IMG/VR virus record: IMGVR_UViG_3300049448_000779 | Length of the DNA: 64,000 nt | Strand: one strand, 5' to 3' | Source: an uncultured virus (IMG/VR IMGVR_UViG_3300049448_000779) | Taxonomy: Duplodnaviria; Heunggongvirae; Uroviricota; Caudoviricetes | In this document: positions 1 through 9,960 of the stretch, piece after piece | How the letters are laid out: every line of letters starts with the position of its first letter | How positions within the stretch are numbered: the first letter of the stretch is position 1 | Made by a program: the position numbers and the translations under genes | Notes under the pieces: model-generated | The model's input: the letters and a program-made list of their open reading frames with translations, nothing else | The model's database searches: none | What the model was told of the DNA's origin: nothing

Positions 1-192
1 GAAGGTTGGGGCCTAAAAGAAGAGGCCCTACTCGGACCTAACCGCAGATTCTTGAACTGCATCGTCGAGAGACCGTCAGGGCATTTCGGTGGCTACGAAG
101 TATACAAGAGCCTCGACCGCGCCCTGCGCATGGCGACGATTAGACTTGAGTTCACTAAGACCCGCGGCGTGCGGGTATGGAAAGGCGAGTGA
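1..192 (+). CDS. 3' end of a hypothetical protein (truncated by window edge)
   Basis: Frame 1 is open from base 1 to TGA at 190-192 (EGWGLKEEALL...VRVWKGE); no Cas motif recognised. Confidence 0.5.
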   Translation, partial: EGWGLKEEALLGPNRRFLNCIVERPSGHFGGYEVYKSLDRALRMATIRLEFTKTRGVRVWKGE

Positions 193-197
193 GAGAT

Positions 198-416
198 ATG
201 GAACGATTGGACTCTGAGAAAGTGTATCAGTATATCGGCAAGTCGGTTCGCACCACCCAGGACATCGCGAAGCACTTCAAGGTGCGCGCTGGCCAGGCTG
301 CGGCTGCTGTTGCGATTCTCCGCATCAAGGGGACGGTGGTGCCGGCAATTCCCAAGAAGGATTTTGAGGGGGTCAGCCGATGGTGCCGGACTTCGAGCGC
401 TTCCGCGGCTCGCTAA
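198..416 (+). CDS. small putative winged-helix DNA-binding protein
   Basis: VYQYIGKSVRTTQDIAKHFKVRAGQAAAAVAILRIKGTV has a wHTH-like pattern; lies directly upstream of the CRISPR leader. Confidence 0.5.
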   Translation: MERLDSEKVYQYIGKSVRTTQDIAKHFKVRAGQAAAAVAILRIKGTVVPAIPKKDFEGVSRWCRTSSASAAR

Positions 417-581
417 CCCCAGGGAGCGCTCGCGTTCGGGTGGTTCTTTGACAATTCCATATGTTATCTGCTCAGCCTCGCGTGCTCTCCCAAGTGAGGT
501 GGGGGCATCAAGCACGCCTGGTGGCAGGCGCTCGCAGAAGACGCTGCGAGTTGCTTGGTTTGAGTGCCCGTAGCGACGAGG
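417..581 (+). promoter_or_regulatory. putative CRISPR leader
   Basis: 165-nt non-coding stretch before the most uniform repeats; contains GTTCTTTGACAA (TTGACA) and a CTCGCAG...CTGCGAG inverted repeat. Confidence 0.6.
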
Positions 582-3500
582 GTAGCAAGGGGCTTTGGAG
601 CCCCGAGTGATTGAAATATATAGCCGCGGATTGTCCGGATCCGGACGTCGAGGTAGCAAGGGGCTTTGGAGCCCCGAGTGATTGAAATGTGACCAGCTCA
701 GCCTGCCTGGTTAGTTCCTCTAAGTAGCAAGGGGCTTTGGAGCCCCGAGTGATTGAAATGAGGGCGACCGACTGCATGAAGACGAGCGTCTTGAAGTAGC
801 AAGGGGCTTTGGAGCCCCGAGTGATTGAAATGTCCTGGAGCGACCCACTGATCGGCTCGTATTCGCGCTTGTAGCAAGGGGCTTTGGAGCCCCGAGTGAT
901 TGAAATAGGGCGGCGGTGGAACGGGCCAGTTCGAGGAAGTGGGTAGCAAGGGGCTTTGGAGCCGCGAGTGATTGAAATGCCGCGACCCCGGAAGGCTGCG
1001 TCCCGCAGGTCGACGTGTAGCAAGGGGCTTTGGAGCCCCGAGTGATTGAAATCTACCAGAGCCTGCGCGAGCGGCTCGAGCAGATCATCGTAGCAAGGGG
1101 CTTTGGAGCCCCGAGTGATTGAAATTCCAGCTCCCCCTTCACTTCATCGAGCCCAGCGACCGCGTCGTAGCAAGGGGCTTTAAGAGCCCCGATTGGTTGA
1201 AATTTGACGTAGTGCGTCTCGGCGATCTCAACCGAGTGCCCGGTAGCAGGGGACTGTGAGGCCCCGATTGGTTGAAATATCGATGGCCAGATTCTTGACC
1301 GCTTCCTCCGACCGCGTAGCAGGGGGCTGTGAGGCCCCGATTGGTTGAAATAACTCAAACGGATCACGCCGGACCCGAACACCCCAAGTAGCAGGGGGCT
1401 GTGAGGCCCCGATTGGTTGAAATGCGAGCACCCGGGAGCCAGCCTTCTTCGCACCCAGGTAGCAGGGGGCTGTGAGGCCCCGATTGGTTGAAATGCCGCA
1501 GGCGTCCTTCTGAACGCCGTCGACAACGGGAGTAGCAGGGGGCTGTGAGGCCCCCGATTGGTTGAAATCTCCGCGTGCGCGGCGTAACGAGCAACAAGCG
1601 GTGCGGGTAGCAGGGGGCTGTGAGGCCCCCGATTGGTTGAAATGGGAGGCCGTCTGCGAACCACTTTTGAGCGCCCCGCAGTAGCAGGGGGCTGTGAGGC
1701 CCGATTGGTTGAAATAACCTCTTCGGCGAGCTGGCCCTCGATCTCGACCTAGTAGCAGGGGGCTGTGAGGCCCCCGATTGGTTGAAATTTGAATGGTCAC
1801 GGTCGCATAGAGCGACTCAAACACGGGTAGCAGGGGGCTGTGAGGCCCCGATTGGTTGAAATAAGCGGACATCGAGCGAGTTGGTCTCGCAGTCGAGGTA
1901 GCAGGGGGCTGTGAGGCCCCGATTGGTTGAAATCCCGTGAAGGGGAGGACACGTTGTCCAGATTGGTTCGTAGCAGGGGGCTGTGAGGCCCCGATTGGTT
2001 GAAATCTGTCAGCGCGGCTGGTCATATTTTCCGGTGCTCCCGTAGCAGGGGGCTGTGAGGCCACGATTGGTTGAAATAAGTCATCATCTCACGCCTGCAA
2101 GTGCTGCTAGGTGGTAGCAGGGGGCTGTGAGGCCACGATTGGTTGAAATATGTGGGCAAAGTCGAGGAGGTCGAAGTCGTCGGTGTAGCAAGGGGCTGTG
2201 AGGCCCCGATTGGTTGAAATAGGGTGTGCAGTCGGTGCAGCTCGTCGGTGGATTGTTGTAGCAAGGGGCTTTAGAGCCCCGATTGATTGAAATACCGAGC
2301 ACCGTGACACGCTGAACTACCTGCGAATGTACCAAGGGGCTTTGGAGCCCCGATTGGTTGAAATCCCGTCCATGGCAAGTTGATCAGCCTGCTACTGCTG
2401 GTAGCAAGGGGCTTTGAGGCCACGAATGATTGAAATCACGAAAGCGACCAGGGTCTATCGACAACGACTCAACTTGTAGCAAGGGCTATGAGGCCCCGAG
2501 TGATTGAAATAGGATGGCGAGCCAGCTGTTCGCTGTGGTGGGGGCGTAGCCTTTGGAACCCAGATTGGTTGAAATAGGCTGCTCTTCCGCAGTCCCGTGT
2601 AGACGGCGAGTAGTAAGTAGCAAGGGGCTTTGGAGCCCAGATTTGGTTGAAATTTACACGCGACACCTGGTCGAGATCGTTGCTGTAGCAAGGGGGTGAT
2701 CTGCTGGTAGCAAGGGGCTTTGAGGCCCCGAGTGATTGAAATTTCGATGAATCATCGCCTGCTGACACCATCGCGGTCGTAGCAAGTGCGCCCCGACTGA
2801 TTGAAACGAATACGTGACGTGCTCAGACGTGTGTATGTAGTAGCTAGGGGCACTAGCTACCGACTGATTGAAACGCAAGCTGCAGATCACCAATAGCAGA
2901 AAGGGCTGTGAGGCTCCGAATGATTGAAATATCAGCGAGTACCGCCTCGCCAACAAGTACTTGTCGAGCGCAGCAAAGGGGCTGTAAGGCCCCGATTGAT
3001 TGAAATTGGCGCTGGAAGAATCCGCTGCCCGGCAGCTTCGCGGTAAGCATGGGGCTTGAGGCCCTGAGTGATTGAAATTTGGAGGGGCTTTGTCCAGCAT
3101 GTGCTGCTGCAGGTAGAGAGGGGCGCTGACGCCCCGACTGATTGAAAAACTTACGAACGCAAGGGCAAGGACACCGAGAAGTTCCGTAGATAGGGGTGAT
3201 GAGGCCTGGACTGATTGAAAATCGCCTGAAAACGGATGGTCCCATCGGACATGACTCCACTGTAGATAAGGGAGAGGACGCCCCGACTGATTGAAACGAG
3301 GTTTGCAGGTTCGGCACGCGTGCGATTACACCGGGTAGGTAGAGGGGCGCTGACGCCCGATTGATTGAAACGTCATTAGCGTCTCCCGGTAGTGCCAGCT
3401 CACAGCGGTAGATAGGGGCGTTGACGCCCCGATTGGATTGAAACAGCACCTCGTATTGAAGTCGGAGCCGGGTCTCCACGTGCAGATAGGGGCGCTGACG

Positions 3501-4123
3501 CCCCGATTGATTGAAACGATGCCGAGGGCGGCGGACCATTCGCGATCGTACAAGGAGGATTCGGTAGCTAAGGGGCACTGACTCCGATTGATTGAAACTC
3601 GAAGATCTTGGTATCTCGCTTGAGTGCAGTCCAACCGTAGCTCGGTCGCTCAGGGTTTGTAGTTAAGGGGCACTTGAAGCGCGAATGATTGAAATGACAC
3701 GGGGATGCGCGTCAGCGAGGCGTTGTCTGGATGGCTGTGAAGCCCAGAGTGATTGAAATGTTGGCGTCGTCGAACCCGCGTGCTCGAACCCAGAGGGTGT
3801 CGAGGGGCTGTTAAGCCCCGAGTGATTGAAATTAGGCTGTCGAACGTGAACAGCTGAGTGCGTGCTGTTCGTTGGGGCCTAAGGCCCCGGTGATTGAAAA
3901 AGGTGCGGCGAAGATCGTGGCTAACTGTGGGGCTCTTGAGCCCCGATTGATTGAAGCGCTGGGAATTCATGTGTAGAAAGGGGGCTTGTTAGGCCCCGCT
4001 GGTTGAAACGATCTGATCGTAGTGGACGAGTGGCCCCGAGAGTTGAAACTGGACGAGATGTTCGATGATTGCGGCTTGAGATCCGTACTCGTATGGCCAG
4101 ACGTATGGCCGTTTGATTGAAAT
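582..4123 (+). CRISPR. CRISPR array, ~48-50 repeats of ~36 bp with mostly ~35-41 bp spacers, degenerating toward the 3' end; no cas genes in window
   Basis: First repeat GTAGCAAGGGGCTTTGGAGCCCCGAGTGATTGAAAT (582-617), then 653, 724, 796, 871, 943, 1017, 1090, 1167 ... 3973; remnants near 4030-4049 and 4113-4123; GGGGCN-loop-NGCCCC hairpin and ATTGAAA(T/C) 3' end. Confidence 0.98.
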
Positions 4124-4167
4124 TGTGTCATCTGGTGAACCAGCAGCACTGCTGGAGTTACATGATC

Positions 4168-4470
4168 ATGGGTTGGGCTAGCCACTACATTGAGAAGCTC
4201 AAGGCTGGCGAGACCGTGTCGTTCCGACCGCGGGGCAACTCCATGAAGCCCCGCATCGAATCGGGCCAGCTCTGCACGGTCTCCCCAGTCGACCCCGATA
4301 CTCTCCAGGTGGGGGACGTGGTGCTGTGCCGTGTTCGCGGCAATGAGTATCTGCATATCGTGAAGGCCATTCAGGGTGACCGATTCGAGATCGGAAACAA
4401 CCGCGGCCTCATCAACGGCTGGGTCGGACGAAACTGCATCTACGGCAAGCTGATCAGCGTCGTCGATTGA
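4168..4470 (+). CDS. S24/S26 family peptidase-like protein
   Basis: RGNSMKP catalytic-Ser motif, LQVGDVVL, GNNRG; GGAG RBS upstream. Confidence 0.75.
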   Translation: MGWASHYIEKLKAGETVSFRPRGNSMKPRIESGQLCTVSPVDPDTLQVGDVVLCRVRGNEYLHIVKAIQGDRFEIGNNRGLINGWVGRNCIYGKLISVVD

Positions 4471-4492
4471 TCGGCGCGGTGTACCCAAGGGT

Positions 4493-4657
4493 ATGCTGGA
4501 GTTCTGCCAGGCCCTTTTCGCATTGATGCTCGTCGGCTCTTTGGTCGCACTTGTGATCGCTGTCGTCCGAGACCGCAGGACTCGCGCGCGTCTTGAGTAC
4601 CGGGCTGGAGAACTAGAGCACCAGGCAAGAACCTCCCGCGAGGATAGGGATCGCTGA
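4493..4657 (+). CDS. small single-TM hypothetical protein
   Basis: MLEFCQALFALMLVGSLVALVIAVVRDRR...; ATG is 9 nt after a GGTGTA motif. Confidence 0.55.
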   Translation: MLEFCQALFALMLVGSLVALVIAVVRDRRTRARLEYRAGELEHQARTSREDRDR

Positions 4658-4764
4658 TGCCCGAGTCTACGAAGAACGGGAACCTGGCCGGAGCGCACTT
4701 TGCCCCTCGTATCTGAACGAGTGGCTGATCACTAGATTTTGATTCGTAACTCAACGGAGACCCA

Positions 4765-5268
4765 ATGAAGTCGTTCTTGATGTTCCTGCCACTGCTCGCT
4801 GCCTGCGCGACCGCCCAACCAGAGATTCACTCGTGCCCGGTGCCGGCCCCTTCCCCTTTCCAAGTGATCGGTGAAGCACGCATGGCCCTTGTCGACTCCT
4901 ATGACCTGATGGCTACAGACGCAGACGCCCAAAAGCGCGTTGCGATACTCGACTACATTCTAATCGCCAACTTCAACTTCTTGGTTGGGCGTGATCAGCA
5001 CTACCAAACCCTCGCCGGTTGCTCGACGCTCGCGATCGAGGAGGTGCTGCCCGACATGGCTATCTTCGCCTCGCCGGACAACACGACTCGCTTGAAGCAT
5101 GCCCACGAGATGTTCGCGGCGATGGGCGGCACGTGCGATGAAGAGCCGTCGACGCCCGTGACCGCGCCGGCTGACGCTGCTGTCATCGAGCGCATCATCG
5201 AACAAGAGGGCGGGGAGCCTCTTGACCTAGGACCTTCCACAGGTGATGAGACCCCAACCTCCCGCTAG
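4765..5268 (+). CDS. putative lipoprotein
   Basis: MKSFLMFLPLLAAC signal peptide with lipobox. Confidence 0.65.
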   Translation: MKSFLMFLPLLAACATAQPEIHSCPVPAPSPFQVIGEARMALVDSYDLMATDADAQKRVAILDYILIANFNFLVGRDQHYQTLAGCSTLAIEEVLPDMAIFASPDNTTRLKHAHEMFAAMGGTCDEEPSTPVTAPADAAVIERIIEQEGGEPLDLGPSTGDETPTSR

Positions 5269-5631
5269 TCAATCCTGGATTCGGATCATCCGAGATCCAG
5301 CTGCGGTCATCTTGGGTATCGTGATGGTCAGTAGCCCGTCCCGATGGCTGGCGTTGATCTCTTGATCCCGCACGCCCTCCGGTAGTCGAAAGCGTCTCTG
5401 GAACTTCCCGAAGCGGCTCTCGAGTCTCAGCCCCTTGTCCTCCGGTCGGCTGCGCTCCCCGGATATCGAGAGGACCCCGTCATCTGCCGATATCGCCACC
5501 TTATCCTTGGGCACCCCGGGCAGGTCGACATCAAGTCGATATTGAGTGGGCGTCTCAGTCACGTTCGATTCCGGCAGCCATTCATGAGCACGCGTGCCGT
5601 ACAGGTCCATCAAAAGCAAGTCGTTGAACAT
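5269..5631 (-). CDS. Hsp20/alpha-crystallin small heat-shock protein
   Basis: VDLPGV..., GVLSISGER, FGKFQRRFRLP, DGLLTITIPK; start reassigned to MFNDLL behind GGAG. Confidence 0.92.
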   Translation of the reverse strand: MFNDLLLMDLYGTRAHEWLPESNVTETPTQYRLDVDLPGVPKDKVAISADDGVLSISGERSRPEDKGLRLESRFGKFQRRFRLPEGVRDQEINASHRDGLLTITIPKMTAAGSRMIRIQD

Positions 5632-5948
5632 AGGTACTCCTTCTGTGCTTTTAGCACTTAGGTTGCGAAGCCAAGTTAGGCATACATCTTGCCGTGTCAA
5701 TCGCCGGAGACGAAAAAAGGGACACGGATCTCGAGCTGGTTGTAGACATTGAAATCGAACCCGAGGGAGCTTCCAATGTCTACATGGAAGGAGGACTTTG
5801 GAAATGGAAGAGCCGCCTTGAACCACCGATGAGATCTGGCAATCTTCGTCGACAGTGTTTCAACCGACGGCTGCCCCAGGCCCCGTCATGCTTCTCCAAG
5901 CCATGGCAACGAAGCTTCTGAGGTAAACGGCCACGAGAGCCAACCAAA

Positions 5949-6170
5949 ATGGGCCGCCTTAGGCACATGAGAGTTGAAGATCGCCTTGCGATCATCCAAG
6001 CACTCAACCAGCACCTTGAGACGAGCGAGAAGTGCCTGCTAGCTCTCAGGCAACATCCCTTGTGGGATCCTGGGAAGCTGGTGTACTTGCAGGATCGTCG
6101 GGTGAAGCTTCAATGCCAGCACTGTGGATGGCAGACACCTGAGTTTTGTACCCAAGAGCCAAGTAACTAA
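5949..6170 (+). CDS. hypothetical protein with CxxC
   Basis: ORF track; CQHC motif. Confidence 0.4.
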   Translation: MGRLRHMRVEDRLAIIQALNQHLETSEKCLLALRQHPLWDPGKLVYLQDRRVKLQCQHCGWQTPEFCTQEPSN

Positions 6171-6171
6171 A

Positions 6172-6594
6172 ATGCGCGCTGACGATACGATCGACAAGAT
6201 TAAGGGGACCGCCCAAAGAATCGCGCGTCTTGGCGCCTATCTCTCGAACCCTTACGGCCCGACTGCCAACAAAGAGAAGGGTCTCTTGTACATGACGCGC
6301 GACGTGATGCACCCGCTCATGTTGATGTGCAACCTCCGCAGCGGGCGTGTTTGGGAGCACGAGATCGGCACTGGCTCCGATTACGACCCCCCCAACGGGC
6401 TCGAGCGGCTGACGGTGTTCGATCGCGAGATCACCGAGGCGGTTCAGCGACAGCTCAAGGAAGAGGTGCTGGCCGACCTGATCGAGAAGCGCCTTCGCCG
6501 AATCACCAAGACCAAGTCGCGGGGATTCAAGGCTGATTTGAAGCGACTCAAGGGCAAGAAGAAGCGAGATTCACAGCACGCCGCTCACGGATAG
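6172..6594 (+). CDS. hypothetical protein
   Basis: ORF with GC3-biased codons and basic C-terminus. Confidence 0.55.
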   Translation: MRADDTIDKIKGTAQRIARLGAYLSNPYGPTANKEKGLLYMTRDVMHPLMLMCNLRSGRVWEHEIGTGSDYDPPNGLERLTVFDREITEAVQRQLKEEVLADLIEKRLRRITKTKSRGFKADLKRLKGKKKRDSQHAAHG

Positions 6595-7113
6595 GATCTG
6601 CTCGAATCGATCCCACAGGTCAGAGCGTGATGGCAGCTGGTCGGCCGCGATAGCCGTCGTAGCCCAGAACGCGACGATGACTTCGGCAGGCCAGCCTGGT
6701 TGCACGTTGTCGAGCACGTGGTTGAGGGTCTCTGTCTGCCCGGTCTTGAGCGCGGTGTCGACGATACCGACCGCGATATCTACCGCGTGCTGAGTATCGC
6801 CCGGCTGTGCCAGCATCGCGGTAATCAGACTCAGCCCTTGCTGGCTCATCAGCTGTACCATCTCGCGCTTGACGCCACTGGGGATCGTGGGGAGTAGGCA
6901 AACGCGCTCTAACCCGCGAAAGCTTGAGGTCATTTCAGTAGGTTTCATACTTGACCCAGATCTCAAGACGTTCATTGTACTCCCAACCGTCGTAGCGCTC
7001 ATCCTCTGCGATGTCTCTCGACCAATGGCTATAGTTGTCGCAGGCCTCGTTGGGGCACTCTTGCTTGAGCAAACCCTGGTAGATAACCTCGCGACCGCAC
7101 AGCAGGCAGTCCA

Positions 7114-7359
7114 TTAGTCCTCGCCGAGTATGATGTAGTCCCAGAGGGCCGCCAGGTCTTCCTCGTCGAGGTCCTCATCGGGGTCCTCTTCTTCTGGCAA
7201 CATTTCTCCGTAATGCCAAGCCCCACAGCAGCACGGACCCCAGGACGCATCGCAGGGCGTACCTGAGGCGTTGTAGTAGAGGAGCCCTTCAGGCATACTC
7301 ATGATCTTCCCAGGGTAGGAGACGCGGTTAGTTTCAATCTTCTCGCGCTTCGTAGGCAT
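7114..7359 (-). CDS. hypothetical protein, Cys motif and acidic tail
   Basis: PCDASWGPCCCGAWH motif; ORF track. Confidence 0.55.
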   Translation of the reverse strand: MPTKREKIETNRVSYPGKIMSMPEGLLYYNASGTPCDASWGPCCCGAWHYGEMLPEEEDPDEDLDEEDLAALWDYIILGED

Positions 7360-7368
7360 CGCAGCGTT

Positions 7369-7857
7369 CTATATCCCTAGGATGGCTATCAGTTCTTCTG
7401 TAGTGGCCGGCACCTCTTCCCCTCGGGGGACCTCTTTTTCCGCCTCGGTAAGCTGGCTATTACGGAGCTGACCTTCCAAGGATTCAGCGCGCTGGGCAAG
7501 TTCGGGAGCCTCTGGGGCAGTGCGCTCCCCGGCTCGAGCGATGAGCGCTGGCAGCGCGGCATGCGCGATCTGGTAGAAGTCCGCGGCCGCGGATCGGGCC
7601 GCCTGAGTCCACTCCTCCAAGGGTAGGAATGGCGGGGGGGCCAGCCGATGCGTCTCGCGAAGCATGGAAAGTGTCGCGCCTGACAATTCCTCGGTCGGGT
7701 TTTCGGCGCGCAGATCTGCACCTAAAAGCTCGCGAATCTTCTCGAGTCGTGCTTCAAGCAGAGTCATGCGGCGAGCCCAGCGCTGTGCCTCTGTTTGAGC
7801 GGCGTCTCTTTCGAGAAGCGCCAAGTCAAGTGGAGTCCTGTGATTCTCAGTAGTCAT
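7369..7857 (-). CDS. hypothetical coiled-coil protein
   Basis: ORF track; helical E/L/A/R-rich composition. Confidence 0.5.
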   Translation of the reverse strand: MTTENHRTPLDLALLERDAAQTEAQRWARRMTLLEARLEKIRELLGADLRAENPTEELSGATLSMLRETHRLAPPPFLPLEEWTQAARSAAADFYQIAHAALPALIARAGERTAPEAPELAQRAESLEGQLRNSQLTEAEKEVPRGEEVPATTEELIAILGI

Positions 7858-7957
7858 GTCCGCTGACTACACCGCAGGCTGCGGCACTCGCCCGAAACCG
7901 AGTGCCTGTTGACTCTGGCGCCGGGGACACTGGTGTAATAGAACTGAACCTGGACTC

Positions 7958-8404
7958 GTGACCTCGAAACAAACGAAAGGTGGTTCCCATGCCCGGATGA
8001 CTGAGGAAGACACGATTCAGAGGGTTGCGCGCAAGGCCCATACAGTCTTTGCTAGCTACTGCAAGGCTTTAGGTGACTACTCAATCCAGGAGTGGGAAGA
8101 CGCTCCGCAGTGGCAGCGCGATGACACCGTTGCGCTGGTGAAGTCTGTGCTTGCTGGGGAGTGCAGCCCTGAAGTCGAGCATGGCCGCTGGAAGAAGGGT
8201 AAGGAACTAAAGGGCTACGTTTACGGCCCTACCAAGAACGATGATCCGAACATCGGGCCTCTCACGAACCCCAACATGAAGCCCTACGCCGAGCTACCCA
8301 TGAGCGCTCGCATGAAGGACCACTTGTTGATCATCGTGACTGCCGGATGCGCTGCGCACTACGGCCTGACCGTTTCCAGGGATATCAAGCTCTCGTACGC
8401 GTAA
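7958..8404 (+). CDS. RyR-domain phage protein
   Basis: EHGRWKKGKELKGYVYGPTKND...NPNMKPYAELP...KD matches the RyR repeat pattern. Confidence 0.8.
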   Translation: MTSKQTKGGSHARMTEEDTIQRVARKAHTVFASYCKALGDYSIQEWEDAPQWQRDDTVALVKSVLAGECSPEVEHGRWKKGKELKGYVYGPTKNDDPNIGPLTNPNMKPYAELPMSARMKDHLLIIVTAGCAAHYGLTVSRDIKLSYA

Positions 8405-8412
8405 GTGATGTT

Positions 8413-8451
8413 GCCCAGCAGGCAGGATCGCTAAGGCCTTGCCTGCTGGGC
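8413..8451. terminator. hairpin between convergent genes
   Basis: GCCCAGCAGGCAGG...CCTTGCCTGCTGGGC inverted repeat. Confidence 0.6.
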
Positions 8452-8462
8452 GGCTTGCGCGT

Positions 8463-9767
8463 TTACAGTAGCTGGCTAGCTCGCTCAGCCAGCTCTGAGC
8501 GCTCGCCCTTGGTTAACATGACGTGCCCGCTGATGCGCTCTCCTTTGAACTTCTCGGCTACGACCGACAGCCCGTTGCTCTGCGAGTCTACGTAGGGATT
8601 GTCGATCTGGTCTGGGTCGCCAGTGAGAACAATCTTGGTCTCGCTGCCACAGCGCGTGATGATCGTCTTAATTTCGTGGGCCGTCAGATTCTGACATTCG
8701 TCCACGATCATGAATTGCTGCGGCAGCGTGCGACCACGGATATACGTGAGGGGCTCGATTTGGATGGTGCCGCTCGCGACTAGCTCAGCGTACGTGCGGC
8801 CCGTGTCGAGCCGGCTGCCTTTGAAGATGTATTCGAGGTTGTCGAAGATGGGCTGCATCCATGGGTTTAGCTTCTCTTCCAGCGTTCCGGGCAGGTAGCC
8901 GACATCGCGTCCCATCGGGAAGATCGGGCGCGACACCAGGAGGCGTGCGTAGGCCCCTTCGGAAATCACCTTCCGCAGGCCGGCGGCCACCGCGATCAGC
9001 GTCTTGCCGGTGCCGGCACGCCCGACGAGCGTGACGATCTGGACCTTGTCGTTGAGCAACAGGTCAAGCGCAAAGCTCTGCTCGAGATTCCGCGCCTTGA
9101 TCCCAGACGCGCCCTCGCGCGGCACCCTCAGCGGAACAACCTGCCCGGTATGGGCGTCAAACCGTCCGAGCGCTGTGTGCTTGGGGTTTCCTTCGTTGAC
9201 CAACACTACGCAAGCGTTCGGATGGAGGTTGAGTCCCAGCTCATCCACGGGGATCGCGTGTTTCCTGCCCAGCAGATCGACTTGCCCCTGAGAGCAGGTG
9301 TGCTGCACGAACCCCGTGTAAAGGCTCTCGGATTCGAGAAGCCCGGCATCGTAGTTCTCGGCCTTCAGGCCGAACGCATCGGCGCGGACGCGAAGGTTGA
9401 TGTCCATCGAGACCAACACGGCCGTGCGATCGCCGTTCTTGCGCTTCTCGTCGAGCGCGACGCGGAGGATCCGCTGATCGGCGTTGCCTTCCGGGTCCTT
9501 ATCCGGGGCAACTATCCGTAGACTGCCGCCTGACGGCAACTTGACCCCATCCTGTAGGGTTCCTGGCCCTTGTTCTCGTAGCTCATCGATGAGGCGGGAA
9601 ACGGTTCGGGCATTGCGCCCGAGTTCAGTCATATCCTTCTTGAACTTGTCGACTTCCTCGATCACGTAGATCGGCAGCACGATCTCGTGTTCATCGAACT
9701 TGAAGATTGCCCTGGGGTCATGCAGCAGGACGTTTGTGTCGAGAACAAAGAGCTTGCTCACACTCAA
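8463..9767 (-). CDS. phoH: PhoH family protein with N-terminal PIN domain
   Basis: VLDTNVLLHDP PIN motif; GRAGTGKT Walker A; GYLPG, YIRGRT, IVDECQN, TGDPDQID. Confidence 0.95.
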   Translation of the reverse strand: MSVSKLFVLDTNVLLHDPRAIFKFDEHEIVLPIYVIEEVDKFKKDMTELGRNARTVSRLIDELREQGPGTLQDGVKLPSGGSLRIVAPDKDPEGNADQRILRVALDEKRKNGDRTAVLVSMDINLRVRADAFGLKAENYDAGLLESESLYTGFVQHTCSQGQVDLLGRKHAIPVDELGLNLHPNACVVLVNEGNPKHTALGRFDAHTGQVVPLRVPREGASGIKARNLEQSFALDLLLNDKVQIVTLVGRAGTGKTLIAVAAGLRKVISEGAYARLLVSRPIFPMGRDVGYLPGTLEEKLNPWMQPIFDNLEYIFKGSRLDTGRTYAELVASGTIQIEPLTYIRGRTLPQQFMIVDECQNLTAHEIKTIITRCGSETKIVLTGDPDQIDNPYVDSQSNGLSVVAEKFKGERISGHVMLTKGERSELAERASQLL

Positions 9768-9960
9768 GACGAGGCATGACTAGATCCACTAGGCCGCAAA
9801 GGACGGGACGGCAGGCGCCGAGCGGTTCTGCTCTCGACCATCCGGTGTAAATATGTCTGCAGGCGACCTGGCCGCAACGCTGCCAGGCCATCACGGCTTT
9901 CTTGGGTCTCGCAATCGAGGTCCAAGACCACAAGCTATTTGCCCAACAGGATTCCTGAAT

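Noticed and set aside
1..416. cas1/cas2/cas6 next to the leader
   Set aside because: Neither upstream ORF shows Cas motifs; cas genes could still lie outside the window
93..3970. Many minus-strand ORFs with repeated ISITRGSKAPCY / FQPIGASQPPAT peptides
   Set aside because: They are translations of the CRISPR repeats, not proteins
618..4000. Self-targeting spacers within the window
   Set aside because: No match noticed by eye; an alignment is needed, so this is unproven rather than excluded
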